A stretch of 62,829 nt of DNA, filler included, from Chiloscyllium plagiosum (GCF_004010195.1; 4 parts of one record of this genome joined end to end with filler, not necessarily neighbours in it), one strand, 5' to 3'; shown: positions 27,609 to 39,730, counted from the whole stretch's first letter. The notes: generated by a model from the letters alone, not told the origin. A program made the numbers and translations.

Positions 27609-28274
27609 TGTGGGATGTGGGAAAAATAGTGTTACTTCTTCAATTCCATTTACTTATACAAAGTAAGTGAACTCACACCAGTGTGTAATTGTTTTAGCCA
27701 AGTGCTGAGTCAACAAGAATGGAAACTATGTGGAGGAAATACATAATTGTTTTTGTATTAGCTAAAATTGTATGCCAGAATGAAACGTGACTGCAAAACA
27801 ATGGTAGATATTACAGGCGAATAGATAAGATATTGTGAGGGGAGTAAGTTAAGCTAGATACACCTGTACAAACAGTAGGTATAAACATCTGTTTCCCACT
27901 TTTACAGAAACACAGGAACAAACCCCAATTAAAAGGGTCATAAGGATCAGGGGAAGGTACAGATGGAGGGAGTAGATAATGGTGAAGAAAGAATATGCCT
28001 CACAATGACCTATAGCAGGATGAGGTCAAACAGCCTTGTGAGGCTAGATATAAGCATTTTGTCACAGACAAGGCCGGATATGGCAAGAGATAAACAGGAG
28101 TAATGGGTGCCGGTCTTAGGGAAGTGGAAGATGTAAACAGGGGAGGAGCAATGTAAAACAAAAGAAACCAAATTATATAAATGTTGTGTATTAATTGAAT
28201 TTGGGGTGTATATGTCCCTTGCCTTATAGACACTGGACTGCAATTATTGAAGTGTGTGAGCTTTGTTTCTCACA
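27609..28274 (+). repeat. ERV 5' LTR
   Basis: TGTGGGA...TCTCACA; direct repeat of 35691-36280 plus 37474-37513; TATATAAA at 28174-28181. Confidence 0.95.
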
Positions 28275-28276
28275 AT

Positions 28277-28293
28277 TGGGAGCTGTCCGGTAT
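28277..28293 (+). promoter_or_regulatory. Primer-binding site, degenerate tRNA-Pro type
   Basis: TGGGAGCTGTCCGGTAT lies 2 nt after the LTR; the canonical tRNA-Pro PBS is TGGGGGCTCGTCCGGGAT (two mismatches, one deletion). Confidence 0.8.
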
Positions 28294-28588
28294 ATTCTTC
28301 CATCGCCGGGGGGAGTGGCTAGCCTTGGACACTGGGAAGACGCGTCCCATTCCCAATTGAGGAGCGGTCTCGTGTCCCGGTTTGGTCTGCTCCCTTGGGC
28401 GACTGGTACGGATCCACAAGAGAGACATCTGAATCAGACAGTGATAGGAGCTCGATAGAAAATACAGCGAAATGGGGCCAGGCAACTCTGTGCACAGACC
28501 AAGTTAAGAAACCTGACTTTTAAGTATTGCCTTGGTGGCCGGGAAAAGGGATATTTACTCGCTGAGGGACTGGCGAGAGCTCCGCAAA

Positions 28589-30194
28589 ATGGGGGGTAGG
28601 CAGAGTAGCTGTCACGGAGTAAAGGAAGAAGAAAACATCCCTGGTAACATTCCTCCTGAAAGTCCGTTGGGGTGGATGTTGCGGGAATGGACAAGCAATA
28701 CTTGTACAAGGGCAAAAGATAAAAAGAAAATGATTAAATATTGTTGTTTAGTATGGACCAAAGACCCAATCCTTCATCCAGCTGTCTTCTGGCCAAAGTA
28801 TGGTTCGGACGAGGATTGGGTCTGTCAGTATTTAGATTTGTATGTGAATAAAAAACAACCTTTTAGTCAAGGGGAGGCGGAATATGCGTCCTGTTGGAAG
28901 GGCAGTTTGGGAATGATGGTAGTAAAGACAAAGGATTCCCCCTCTGCCCCACCTAGTCCCTGGGATCCTCTTGGCTGTTTGCCCCCCCCGTACCATAAAA
29001 TCAGATTAGGTGAACATGGGGGAGGAGGAGAGACAGACAGACAGGGACTGGGAACAGATGACCCACGAGGAGGACAAAGGGGCGGTGGACGGGGATGTTG
29101 TTGTTCCTGACCCTCAATCCTCAGCAAAAGAAAGGAAAGCTACAGTAGATGTAGAGGAGGCCTCCAGAGGATCTAAATCAAAGCCTAAGGAGGAAAAAAA
29201 AAGGGAAGAACGTAACGACTTATCCCCTTCAGGAGATACCAATAGGGGACAAAGAGATTGGGTTTGTAAGTGCCCCCCTCACCAGTGGGGAGGTCAGAAC
29301 ATTTAAAAAAGAAATGAAGGTCCTGGTTGAGGATCCGATGGGGTTGTCTGAACAAATTGATCAATTTTTGGGGCCCAGTCTGTATACCTGGGCTGAGTTA
29401 ATGTCTATTTTGAATATACTATTTACTGGGGAAGAAAGGGGACTTATACGAGGAGCAGCCATTAAAATATGGGAGAGGGAACACTCAATTGGAGATGGGA
29501 AGGCTGGACAGGGAGAGGTGAAGTTTCCCCTCAGAGACCCTCAGTGGGAAAACCAAAACCCGGAGCATAAGAAGAAATGAGGGAATTGAAAGACCTGATT
29601 CTAAAAGGAATAAGAGAGGCAGTTCCGAAGTCACAGAATTTGACTAAAGCCTTTGAAGTTAGACAGGAGAAAGATGAGATTCCCTCAGCTTTCTTGCAAA
29701 GATTAAGAGACTCAATGCGGAAATATTCTGGAATGAACCCTGAGGACCCAGTGGCACAGGGTCTTTTGAAAGTACATTTTGTGACAAAGGCATGGCCAGA
29801 CATACAGAGAAAGATACAGAAGATAGAAGGGTGGAGTGAAAAACCATTAGATGAATTGTTAAGCGAGGCACAGAAAGTGTTCATAAAAAGAGAGGATGAG
29901 AGACAAAAACAGAAGGTGAAAATGATGGTAGCTACGGTTGATGAGGTAGTTAAGAAAAGAATGGAACCAATATTGAGCAACCGGAGCAGCGGGTGGCAGC
30001 ATGTAGGACAGAGAGGAAGAGGGAGAGGACAAGGGGGAGCATTTGATAGAGGGTTCGAGCGATAGGGGCAGAGATGGAGGTCTCCACAGGCAGGATGCTA
30101 TTATTGCGGAAAGATAGGGTATTTTAAGCGGGACTGTCCTGATCTACGAAGGGAAGAAAGGGCAATTCCGCTTATGAATTTTGATGAAGAATAG
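28589..30194 (+). pseudogene. gag: ERV gag (frameshifted, premature stop)
   Basis: Myristoylation start MGGRQS, WPKYGS, PPPY late domain, major-homology region VRQEKDEIPSAFLQRL, a single Zn knuckle CYYCGKIGYFKRDC (His replaced by Tyr), and a terminal TAG at 30192-30194. Confidence 0.92.
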
Positions 30195-30256
30195 GGGTGT
30201 CAGGGGTTCCTGCCCTCGGGGGCCCACCAGGAACCCTTGATAAACTTGAAGGTGGG
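30192..30256 (+). promoter_or_regulatory. gag-pol stop-codon readthrough signal with predicted pseudoknot
   Basis: TAG is in frame with pro. An 8-nt spacer is followed by stem GGGTTCCTG/CAGGAACCC, and loop CCCAC can pair with GTGGG at 30252-30256, an MLV-like layout. Confidence 0.8.
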
Positions 30257-33200
30257 ACCCTGTAGGGAAGAGGTAGTCTTCCTAGTAGATACGGGAGCAG
30301 CACGGTCATCGCTGAATTTTAAACCAAAGAAAGTAGAAATGTCGACACGGTCAATTACTGTTTCAGTGGTAAAAGGGAAAGGATTTACTGTTCCAGTATT
30401 CTATGATGATAGAAGGTCCTAAGGATAGGGTCACAGGGGAACTGGTGTATATCCCTGATATAGGAAGTAACTTACTAGGGAGAGACTTAATTATCCTCTT
30501 AGGACTGGAGATTGGAATTCAGGAAAAAGAATTAGTTGTACAAATGGCAATGTTGACAGAGGATGTGGAGAGAGAGATAGACTCTATTGTATAGGCTAGA
30601 GAAGGGAATCATGGAAAACTACAGATCCCTCCCCTTCTAATAAATTTAAAAAGGAAAGGGGACGTTGTCTGTGAGCGACAATATCCCATTTCCATAGAAG
30701 GTAAACGAGGACTGCAGCCAGTAATTGAAGGACTGATTAGAAATGGACTGTTGGAGCCATGTATGTCTCCTTATAATACCCCAATTCTACCAGTGCGGAA
30801 ATCTGATGGAACTGATCGATTGGTGCAGGATTTGAGAACATTAAATCGAATAGTACAGATCAGGCACCCAGTGGTGCCAAACCCCTATACGTTATTAAGT
30901 AAGATCCCTCATGACCACAAATGGTTTAGTGTGATAGATTTAAAGGATGCCTTTTGGGCTTGTCTCTTGGCAGAGGAAAGTAGGAATTTGTTCGCCTTTG
31001 AATGGGAAAACCCCAAGACAGGACGGAAACAGCAATACCGGTGGACTCTGCTCCCCCAGGGGTTTACGGAATCCCCGAATTTATTTGGACAGATGTTAGA
31101 ACAAATATTGGAGAAATTTAGCAGCCCCAAGGGGACTACCCTGTAGCAGTATGTAGACAACCTCTTAGTAACAGGAAAAAGAAGAGAAAGAGTAGTAGAA
31201 GCCACTAACAAATTATTGAATTTCCTGGGCCAGCAAGGACCCCGAGTATCTAAAAACAAACTACAATATGTGGAGCAAGAAGTAAAATACTTGGGACGTT
31301 TAGTTAGTGAGGGAAAGCGAAAGATAAGCCCGGAACGGATAGAGGGAATAGTGGGGATGCCACTGCCCAGCACTAAACGGGAGTTACGCAAATTTTTGGG
31401 TCTAACGGGATATTGCAGATTGTGGATTGATTCCTATGCTCAGAAGACTAAGAAATTATATCTCAAACTATTAGAGGGGGAACCAAAATGTCTAAGTTGG
31501 GATGATGAGGAAAAAGAACTAGTTAAGGAACTCAAAAGAGATCTGATCCATGCCCCCGTGTTAGCCTTCCCTTCCCTAAATAAACCTTTCCACCTCTTTG
31601 TTACTGTAGATAAGGGAGGGGCTTTGGGAGTATTAATCCAGAGGTGGGGAGGAATGAGACAGCCAGTAGCATAACTTTTGAAGCTATTGGTTCCAGTATC
31701 CCGGGGATGGCCTGAGTGTGTGCAGGCTGTGGCTGCCACTGCACTGTTGGTGGAGGAAAGCAGAAAGCTTACATTTGGGGGAGCTCTAATAGTAAGCACC
31801 CCACACCAAGTGAGAACGATCCTAAACCAAAAAGCTGGGCGATGGTTGACAGACTCGTGGATTCTGAAGTATGAGGCAATATTAACAGAAAAGGGTGATC
31901 TAGTGTTGGTCACGGACAATTGTTTAAATCCAGCTGCCTTTCTTTGGAAAGAGGAAGGAGACTCTCCTCAGAATCCAGGGCACGACTGCCTTGACATTAT
32001 AGAATACCAAACTAAGGTCCGCATGGACCTGAGAGATGTTCCACTTCGTGCAGGGGCTATACTTTTTATAGACGGATCATCCTGGGCGACTGAAGGGAAA
32101 AGACATAATGGGTATGCAGTCGTAGACTGGACAAAAGGTAGTGTGGTGGAGGCAAGAAGGTTGCCAAATGGGTGGTCAGCTCAGACCTGCGAACTCTATG
32201 CATTGGAAAGAGCCCTTAGGGCATTAGAAAATAAAGAGGGAACAGTATACACTGACTCTAAATATGCATTTGGTGTTGTGCACACTTTCGGAAAGATATG
32301 GCAGGAAAGAGGGGGCAATAGCCGGGGGAAGGAATTAGTACATGAAGAATTGATTAAACGGGTCTTGGAATCCCTATTACTCCCCCGAGAAATAGCGGTA
32401 ATGCATGTAAATGGTCATCAGAAAGGAAATGAATCAGAAGTTAGGGGAAATAGATTAGCTGATGAAGTGGCTAGGGAAGCCGCCCTGAACCCACAAGAAG
32501 TGGTGATTCATTCCCTAATACCTACTGTCCCAGGTCCTAGGGAAGCTCCTATATTTACTGAAAGCGAAGAAAAAGAATTGAGAGATTTAGGGGCTGTAAA
32601 AACAGCAGATGGGCATCGGAGGTTACCTGATGGAAGGGAAATGTTAAACAAAATGATGATGCGAGAGATTATGGCCGTCCTACACCGAGGCAGCCATTGG
32701 GGAGTACAAGCAATGTGTGATTTAGTTCTTAGGGAATATGGATGTAAAGGAATATATACAATTGCTAAACAAATATGTGAGGGATGTATCATATGCAGAA
32801 AGGTAAATAAGAAAGTCTTGAGAAAACAGACCCCGGGAGGAAGAGAACCCAGGATTGAGACCATTCCAGAGTATACAAGTAGATTATACTGAACTACCCA
32901 GAGTAGGAAAACTAAAATATATGTTGGTCATAGTAGATCATTTATCCAGTTGGGTTGAGGCATACCCCTTAACTACTGTCACTGCGAATGGGGTGTCTAA
33001 AACAATATTAGAGCACATAATTCCCCGATATGGGCTAGTGAACCGTATAGATTCCGACCAAAGAACTCATTTTACCTCTAAAGTGTTACAGGGGGTAATG
33101 AAAGGGTTGGGAATTTCCTGGGAGTACCATACTCCATGGCACCCGCCATCATCGGGAAGGGTTGAGAGAATGAACCAAACACTCAAATGACAGCTCTCTA

Positions 33201-33705
33201 AACTGATACTGAAACCAGACTCCCTTGGACCAAATGTTTACCTATAGCTCTCTTGCGAGTACGAACAGCCCCAAGGAAAAACTTGGGACTATCCCCCTAT
33301 GAAATCTTATTTGGATTACCTTACCTGGGAACGAATGGAGAATTGCCAATTCCCGAAACTAAAGATTTGTTTTTAAAGAAGTATATACTGGGCTTGACCT
33401 CCTCTTTGTCTTTCCTCAGGAAACAGGGTTTATTGGCACAGACTCCACCCCTTGAATTCACCGTTCATCCCATCCGGCTGGGCGATTGGATCTTAGTAAA
33501 ATCATGGATAGAGACTAAATTGCAGCCGGACTGGGAAGGGCCGTACCAGGCTCTTTTGACTACCAAAACGGCAATAAGGATGGCGGAGAAAGGCTGGACT
33601 CATTACACTCGGATCAAAGGGCCAGTGGACCCTCCAGTTGAGGAAGAAGTCTGGACAGCCGAATCAACGCAAGACCCGCTGAAACTCAGACTAAAGAGAC
33701 TTTGA
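30195..33705 (+). pseudogene. pol: ERV pro-pol (protease, RT, RNase H, integrase), disabled
   Basis: FLVDTGA; SPYNTPILPV, LVQDLR, LPQGFTESP, QYVDN (YVDD mutated); FIDGSS, YTDSKYAFG; HHCC, QVDYTE, IDSDQ, SSGRVERMNQTLK, WEGPY. Several stops and frameshifts. Confidence 0.95.
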
Positions 33706-33784
33706 GTAACTGATTATACAGTGGTGACGCAAGTGCGGGATTATTTCTGTAAGATTGTATACTAAGTCTTTTTTGTGCTTCAGC

Positions 33785-35640
33785 ATGATGTTTAGAATAC
33801 TGGGAATGCTTAGAGTTATGATGCTAGCCCTCTTAGTATTGGGATATTGTCAAATATCATTTTCATATGTATTATGAACAGTTCCTGAGTCTGATAATCC
33901 ACAAGTAATAGACGCTGATGCATGCAGCTTAGTAAATTGTGGGGATGTAGCTGATCAGAGACAGTACCGCAGCTCTGAGATACATCTTAAGTCCTATGGG
34001 GATGGCCTCGGGGATGGTACTTGGTATAATGGTCTCGTCACAGTACACCAGGCCCCCTTCCGACCAGCTCGCAATTGTCCCAATAAAAAGTGTAACCCAA
34101 TATACCTAACAATAAGGAAAACCACATGGCATGAAGCAATTCTGGGGGGAGGGGGCACCTATGAGAAACAATTAAATGAAACATTTGGGATAGAAATGAA
34201 AGCAAATGGGAAGGATTTCTTGGGCTGTTGTTTTCGAATTAGTGTAGGACAGGGAAAACGGGTAGAACTACTGGGTAATAAGATACAACCTTTCACCCCT
34301 CCCGATGATCCTAAAGTAGTAAAAATTATAGAGGTAAAGGACTTGAAACAGACTATCGAAATAGAAACTGGGTATGGGGATGCAAATGCCTGGGTTGAAT
34401 GGGTAAAGTATACTGTAAAAAGTCTGAACAAGAGCAATTGCCAGTGGCCCAGGTGGTTCCCTTTCCGCTCGGGTGGAAGCGAGACAGGAAGGGCATGAAA
34501 TGTATGATAGCCCTGTATCAGGATGAGACTGCATGGAATGATAGGAATTGTACCTCCCTATCTCTGATGTTCCCTCCTTGGAGAAGAAAGATGCAAAAGT
34601 CCCCCACATTTTCCGCCGCAGTTGGAAATCACACGTCGTGTGTGCGTAGACGAGGTACAAGTCGGTCGAGAGATTTGGGGAACTGAAATTATGTACAGAG
34701 ATTAAGAATGTTACCGAAACGGAGAAGGGAGGGAACTACTCAGCACTAAAGGTTCCCCGAGCGGATCTGTGGTGGTACTGTGGAGGCAAAAGATTGAGAC
34801 CCACGCTACCTCTGGATTGGAGAGGGATATATGCAATTGTACAATTGGCAATTCCATTTACCCTGGCATTTGAGAAGGAAAAGATAATAGGGAAAAAGAG
34901 AAGGGGTAAGAGATAACTGTTAGATACTTCTTTGGATGACAGGATTTATCTTGATTCGGTAGGAGTCCCTAGGGGAGTACCTGAATTCAAAGCTCGTAAC
35001 CAGATTGCAGCAGGCTTTGAGTCAGCCCTCTTTTGGTGGGCAACAATTAATAAAAATGTAGATTGGATAAATTACATTTTCTATAATCAACAGCAATTTA
35101 TAAATTATACAAGATATGCGGTTAAAGGAATATCAGAACAGCTTGATGCGACAAGTAGGATGGCATGGGAAAACAGAATGGCCCTTGACACGATTTTAGC
35201 AGAAAAAGGGTGTGTGTGTGTGAGATGTTAGGAGGAAGCTGTTGTACCTTTATTCCTAATAACACTGCACCTGATGGTTCAATTACTCGGGCCTTAAGGG
35301 GATTGACTACCTTAGCAGAGGAACTGGCTGAGAATTCAGGAGTAGAAACATCTCTCACGGGATGGCTTGAATCATGGTTTGGAAAATGGAAGGGGTGGTG
35401 CTTTCTATCCTTACTTCCCTGATAGTAGTAGTCGGGGTATTGGTGGCCATTGGCTGTTGTGTCATACTCTGTATACGAGGGCTCACCAAAAGACTGATTG
35501 AAACAGCCTTGATGAAACAGATGCCCCTAAAAGGGAATCAGGCAGAGGAACTTTATCGACTAAATAATGAGGGGATGAGTGAGACCAAGATGGATGAAAT
35601 CTCCGGAATGATGCTTGCGAATTTCGGGGGCGATGCTTAA
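33785..35640 (+). pseudogene. env: ERV env (gamma-type TM), disabled
   Basis: Acceptor ttttttgtgcttcag just before the ATG; hydrophobic signal peptide; furin site RRGKR (34899-34913); GVPRGVPEFKARNQIAAGFES; ISD-like WENRMALDTILAEKG; CX6CC (CEMLGGSCC); TM anchor. Confidence 0.92.
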
Positions 35641-35673
35641 AAGGAAAATTGCAGAAGATAACAAATGGTAATT

Positions 35674-35689
35674 AAAGAAAAAGGGGAAA
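35674..35689 (+). promoter_or_regulatory. Polypurine tract
   Basis: AAAGAAAAAGGGGAAA ends one base before the 3' LTR. Confidence 0.9.
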
Positions 35690-35690
35690 T

Positions 35691-37513
35691 TGTGGGATGT
35701 GGGAAAAATAGTGTTACTTCTGCAATTCCATTTACTTATACAAAGAGCTGAGTCAACAAGAATGGAAACTATGTGGAGGAAATACATAATTGTTTTTGTA
35801 TTAGCTAAAATTTTATGCCAGAATGAAATGTGACTGCAAAACAATGGTAGATATTACAGGCGAATAGATAAGATGCTGTGAGGGGAGGAAGTTAAGCTAG
35901 ATACGCCTGTACAAACAGTAGGTATAACATTTGTTTCCCACTTTTACAGAAACACAGGAACAAACCCCAATTAAAAGGGTCATAAGGATCAGGGGAAGGT
36001 ACAGATGGAGGGAGTAGATAATGGTAAAGTAAGAATATGCCGAACAATGACCTACAGCAGGATGAGGTCAAACGGCCTTGTGAGGCCAGATATAAGCATT
36101 TTGTCACAGACAAGGCCGGATAAGGCAAGAGATAAACAGGAGTAATGGGTGCCGGTCTTAGGGAAGTGGAGGATGTAAACAGGGGAGGAGCAATGTAAAA
36201 CAAAAGAAACCAAATTATATAAATGTTGTGTATTAATTGAATTTGGGGTGTGTATGTCCCTTGCCTTATAGACACTGGACATCACACCCCCTTGCAAGAG
36301 TAAAACAAGTGTGAGCAGCAGCTAAGGTAAGACAGTTTGTTTTAAAATTACTTACCGGTAGCGGGCAGCGGTGTTTTTTTTTCCCTTCACAGAAAGAGCG
36401 GGAGCAGCAGGGGGAAGTGACGAAGACCAGAGGGGCAGCCGGGACCCGGAAGCAGGTAGAGCGTAAGCTTACCTGGGTAGGTTTTTTCCCTTTAAAAGCG
36501 CGCAGGAGAAGAACCCGAGGCACTACAGAGGTAGTGTCTCCCACCCGCCCTCCTCCTCTAACCTAAATAATAAGACCCGTTGTGGTAAGTAGGTAAGTGC
36601 TACATTTTGCTTGTTGTATACTTTAGACCCAGTTTTTTTTAAAAATAAATGTTAGCTTTAGAGGGATGGCAGTGAAGGCAGTGCAATGTTCCTCCTGCAA
36701 CATGTATGAGGTGAGGGATGCCATCGACGTCCCTGCCGATTACACTTGCAGGAAGTGCACCCATCTCCAGCTCCTCCAAGACCGTGCTAGGGAACTGGAG
36801 CTGGAGTTGGATGAACGTAGGATCATTCGGGAGGCAGATGGGGTCATAGATCGGAGCTTTAGGGAAGTAATAACTCCAAAGATTGCAGACAGATGGGTGA
36901 CAGTGAGGGGGACTGGGAGGAAGCAGCCAGTGCAGGGACCCCCTGCGGCCGTCCCCCTNNNNNNNNNNNNNNNNNNNNNNNNNNNNNNNNNNNNNNNNNN
37001 NNTTAATTAATTAANNNNNNNNNNNNNNNNNNNNNNNNNNNNNNNNNNNNNNNNNNNNAAGATCGTATGAGGAAAGGGTGAGGCACTTGGGGTTGTTTTC
37101 ATTGGAGAAAAGAAGGTTTAGGGGTGACTTGATAGAGGTGTACAAGATGATTAGGGGTTTAGATAGGGTCGACAGTGAGAATCTTTTTACAAGGGGGCAT
37201 AGCTTTAAATTAAGTGGGGGTAGGTATAGGACAGATGTTAGGGGTAGGTTCTTTACTCAGCAAGTCGTGAGTTCATGGAATGCCCTGCCAGTAGCAGTGG
37301 TGGACTCTCCCTCATTATGGGCATTTAAGCAGGCATTGGATAGGCATATGGAGGATAGTGGGCTAGTGTAGGTTAGGTGGGCTTGGATCGGCGCAACATC
37401 GAGGGCCGTAGGGCCTGTACTGCGCTTTATTCTTCTATGTTCTAAAGGACACTACTGATTCAGATTTTGTCTCGGACTGCAATTATTGAAGTGTGTGAGC
37501 TCTGTTTCTCACA
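35691..37513 (+). repeat. ERV 3' LTR, interrupted by a CR1 insertion
   Basis: Matches the 5' LTR up to 36280 and resumes at 37474 (ggactgcaattattgaagtgtgtgagc...tttctcaca). Confidence 0.92.
36305..37442 (+). mobile_element. Probably full-length CR1 LINE nested in the 3' LTR; middle lost in the gap
   Basis: 5' UTR and ORF1 start MAVKAVQCSSCNMYEV...CRKC lie before the linker; ORF2 end RGDLIEVYKMIRG and tail ttctatgttcta lie after it. The left boundary is uncertain (36281-36305). Confidence 0.85.
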
Positions 37514-37579
37514 CACGGATAGACAGAAACCTTTTGATACTCAACTCCTGCTCCACCCACATGGCAAAAGGCCATGGGT

Positions 37580-37925
37580 TATCATGGAGGACATACTGTT
37601 GTCTATCATCACTAATTGCAGTCTGTGGGTCAGGAAGCTGGGGATCCAGTTGTAGAGGGTAGAGCCGAGACCTAGGTCTCAGAGTTTTGTGATCAGTCTG
37701 GAGGGGATAATGTTGTTGAAGGCGGAGCTGTAGTCAATGAGTAGGAGTCTGATGTAGGTGTCTTTGCTTTCCAGTTGTTCCAGGGATGAGTGTAGGACCA
37801 AGGAAATGGTGTCTGCTATGGACCTGTTTAGTCTTTCGACAAATTGCAGGGGATGGAGGCAGGCTGGGAGACTAGAGTTGATGTGGGCTATGATCAGCCT
37901 CTCAAAACACTTCCTGATCATAGAG
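37580..37925 (-). mobile_element. Rex1/Babar-type LINE RT fragment
   Basis: KCFERL...LHPLQF...NRS...YIRLLLIDYSSAFNNIIPSRLITKL is characteristic of Rex1-like RT. Confidence 0.8.
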
Positions 37926-38199
37926 GAATAGAAAATGATCCATTTATGCCCACCCTCTGCTTCTTGCTGGCTCACCAATTTTCTGCTCTTCCCAATATCC
38001 TATAAGCTAAGCCTTTATATTCAGCAATCATACTTGATAAGGTACCTTATCATATCTTCTAAAATCTAAGCAAAGTAAATCAGTAAAAACAGTGCCCCTT
38101 TATCCATGGCATATTTCTTAGATCTTATGACTGCAAGATGTAGGAACAGAAGTAAGCTATTCAACCCATCGAGTCTGCTGCACCATTGAATCTGATACC

Positions 38200-38328
38200 T
38201 CACAATCACCTGATGAAGGAGCAGTGCTCTGCAAGCTAGTGCTTTCAAATAAACCTGTTGGACCTGGTGTTATCTGATTTTTAACTTTGTAAAACACCCC
38301 AGTCCAACACCAGCCCCTCCAAATCATG
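38200..38328 (+). mobile_element. Short family C element with a hammerhead motif (one core mutation)
   Basis: cac-CTGATGA-A-GGAGC-agt-GCTCT-GCAA-GCTA-gtg at 38207-38241, then aaacctgttggac...caccccagtccaacac shared with 41320-41417. Confidence 0.7.
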
Positions 38329-38339
38329 ACCAATTAATG

Positions 38340-39730
38340 AGATCATGGTAGATCTGATATGCTGTCTGCAGTAAAGAATTCTACAGCTTCATTCCGTTCT
38401 TTGAGAAGAAATTCCTTCTTATCTCTGTTAAATGTGTGACCCGTCAATCTGAGGTTTCTGGTCCCAGACTCTCCCTCAAGGGGAAACAATTTTATTGCAT
38501 TTGCCTTGTCAAGTCCCCGAAGAAGTCCAGAAGACCATAAGATATGATATAGAGGCAGAATTAGACCATTCAGCCATCTAGTCTGCTCTGCCATTTGGTA
38601 TGGCCACTCATATTTCTCAACCCCTCTTTCCTGCCTGGTGCCTGTAGCTCTTATTAATCAAGAATCTGTCAATGTCTACCTTAAAGAATTCATTGACAAG
38701 GCCTTCACAGCTTTCTGTGGGAATGAGTTCCACAGATTCACCAGCTTCTGACTGAAGAAATTACTCCTTATTTCATTTCTAAAGAGTTGTCCCTTCACTC
38801 TGAAGCTGTGCCCTCGGTTCCTCGTCTCTCTGACTAGTGGAAACGACTTTTCCACCTCCACTCTATCCCGGTCTCTCATTAATCTGTAAATTTCAATGGA
38901 ATCCCCTCTGATACTTTTAAACACCACTATCTACAGAGCCAGAGTCCCCAACCACTCCTCATATGACAAGTCCTTCATTCCTGGGATTATTTTTGTTCAC
39001 CTCACCGCTAGATTCCCTCCAATTCCAGCACATCCTTTCTTAGATCCAAAGCCCAAAACTGCTCACATTATCCCAAGTGTGGACTGACTGGAGCCTTAAA
39101 CAGGGAGAAAGTGAGGACTGCAGATACTGCAGAACAGAGTTGTGAGTATGGTTCTGGAAAAGCACAGCTGGTCAGACAACATCCAGGGAGCAGGAGAATC
39201 GACATTTCGAGCATAAGCTCTTCATCAGGATGCTGCCTGACCGGCTGTGCTTTTCCAGCACAGTCTCAACTAGAGCCTTCTACAGTCTCAGCAATACATT
39301 TCTGCTCTTGTATTCTAGCCGTCTTGAAATGAATGATAACAGTGCATTTTCTTTCCTAATGCCAACTGAACCTGCATATTAATCTGAACAGAATCCTGAA
39401 CTAGGACTCTTAAGTCCTTTTGTGCTTCAAATTTCCAAAGCTTTTGCCGATTTGGAGAACAGTCTATGCTTCAATTCTTTCTTCTGAAGTGTATAACCTC
39501 ACACGTTAACCTCATTGCATTTCATCAGCCACTTTTTTGCCCACTATGCTCACCTGTTCAAGTCCTTATGTAGCTTCCATGTCTCATCAAAACTACCTGT
39601 CCCTCTACCTATCTTTGTGCCATCTACAAACTAAGCAACAATACCCTCAGTTTATTTGTCCAGACTGTTAATGTGTAATGTGTATAGTTGTAGTCCCAAC
39701 AGTGACCCTGCAGAACTCCATGAGTCACCG
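38340..39730 (-). mobile_element. Nested old CR1 fragments with a family A element at ~39105-39262
   Basis: ORFs with RGDSIEIYRLM and FSQKLVNLWNSFP; CR1 3' UTR motifs. Confidence 0.75.

Larger units (their letters stand above)
27609..37513 (+). mobile_element. Full-length defective class I (gamma-type) endogenous retrovirus
   Basis: Two LTRs with TG...CA ends, PBS, gag-pro-pol-env, PPT, and a 5-bp TSD catgg (27604-27608) / cacgg (37514-37518). Confidence 0.97.

Noticed and set aside
30909..32864. Antisense ORFs within pol as accessory genes
   Set aside because: Short shadows of the sense frame with no recognisable motif.
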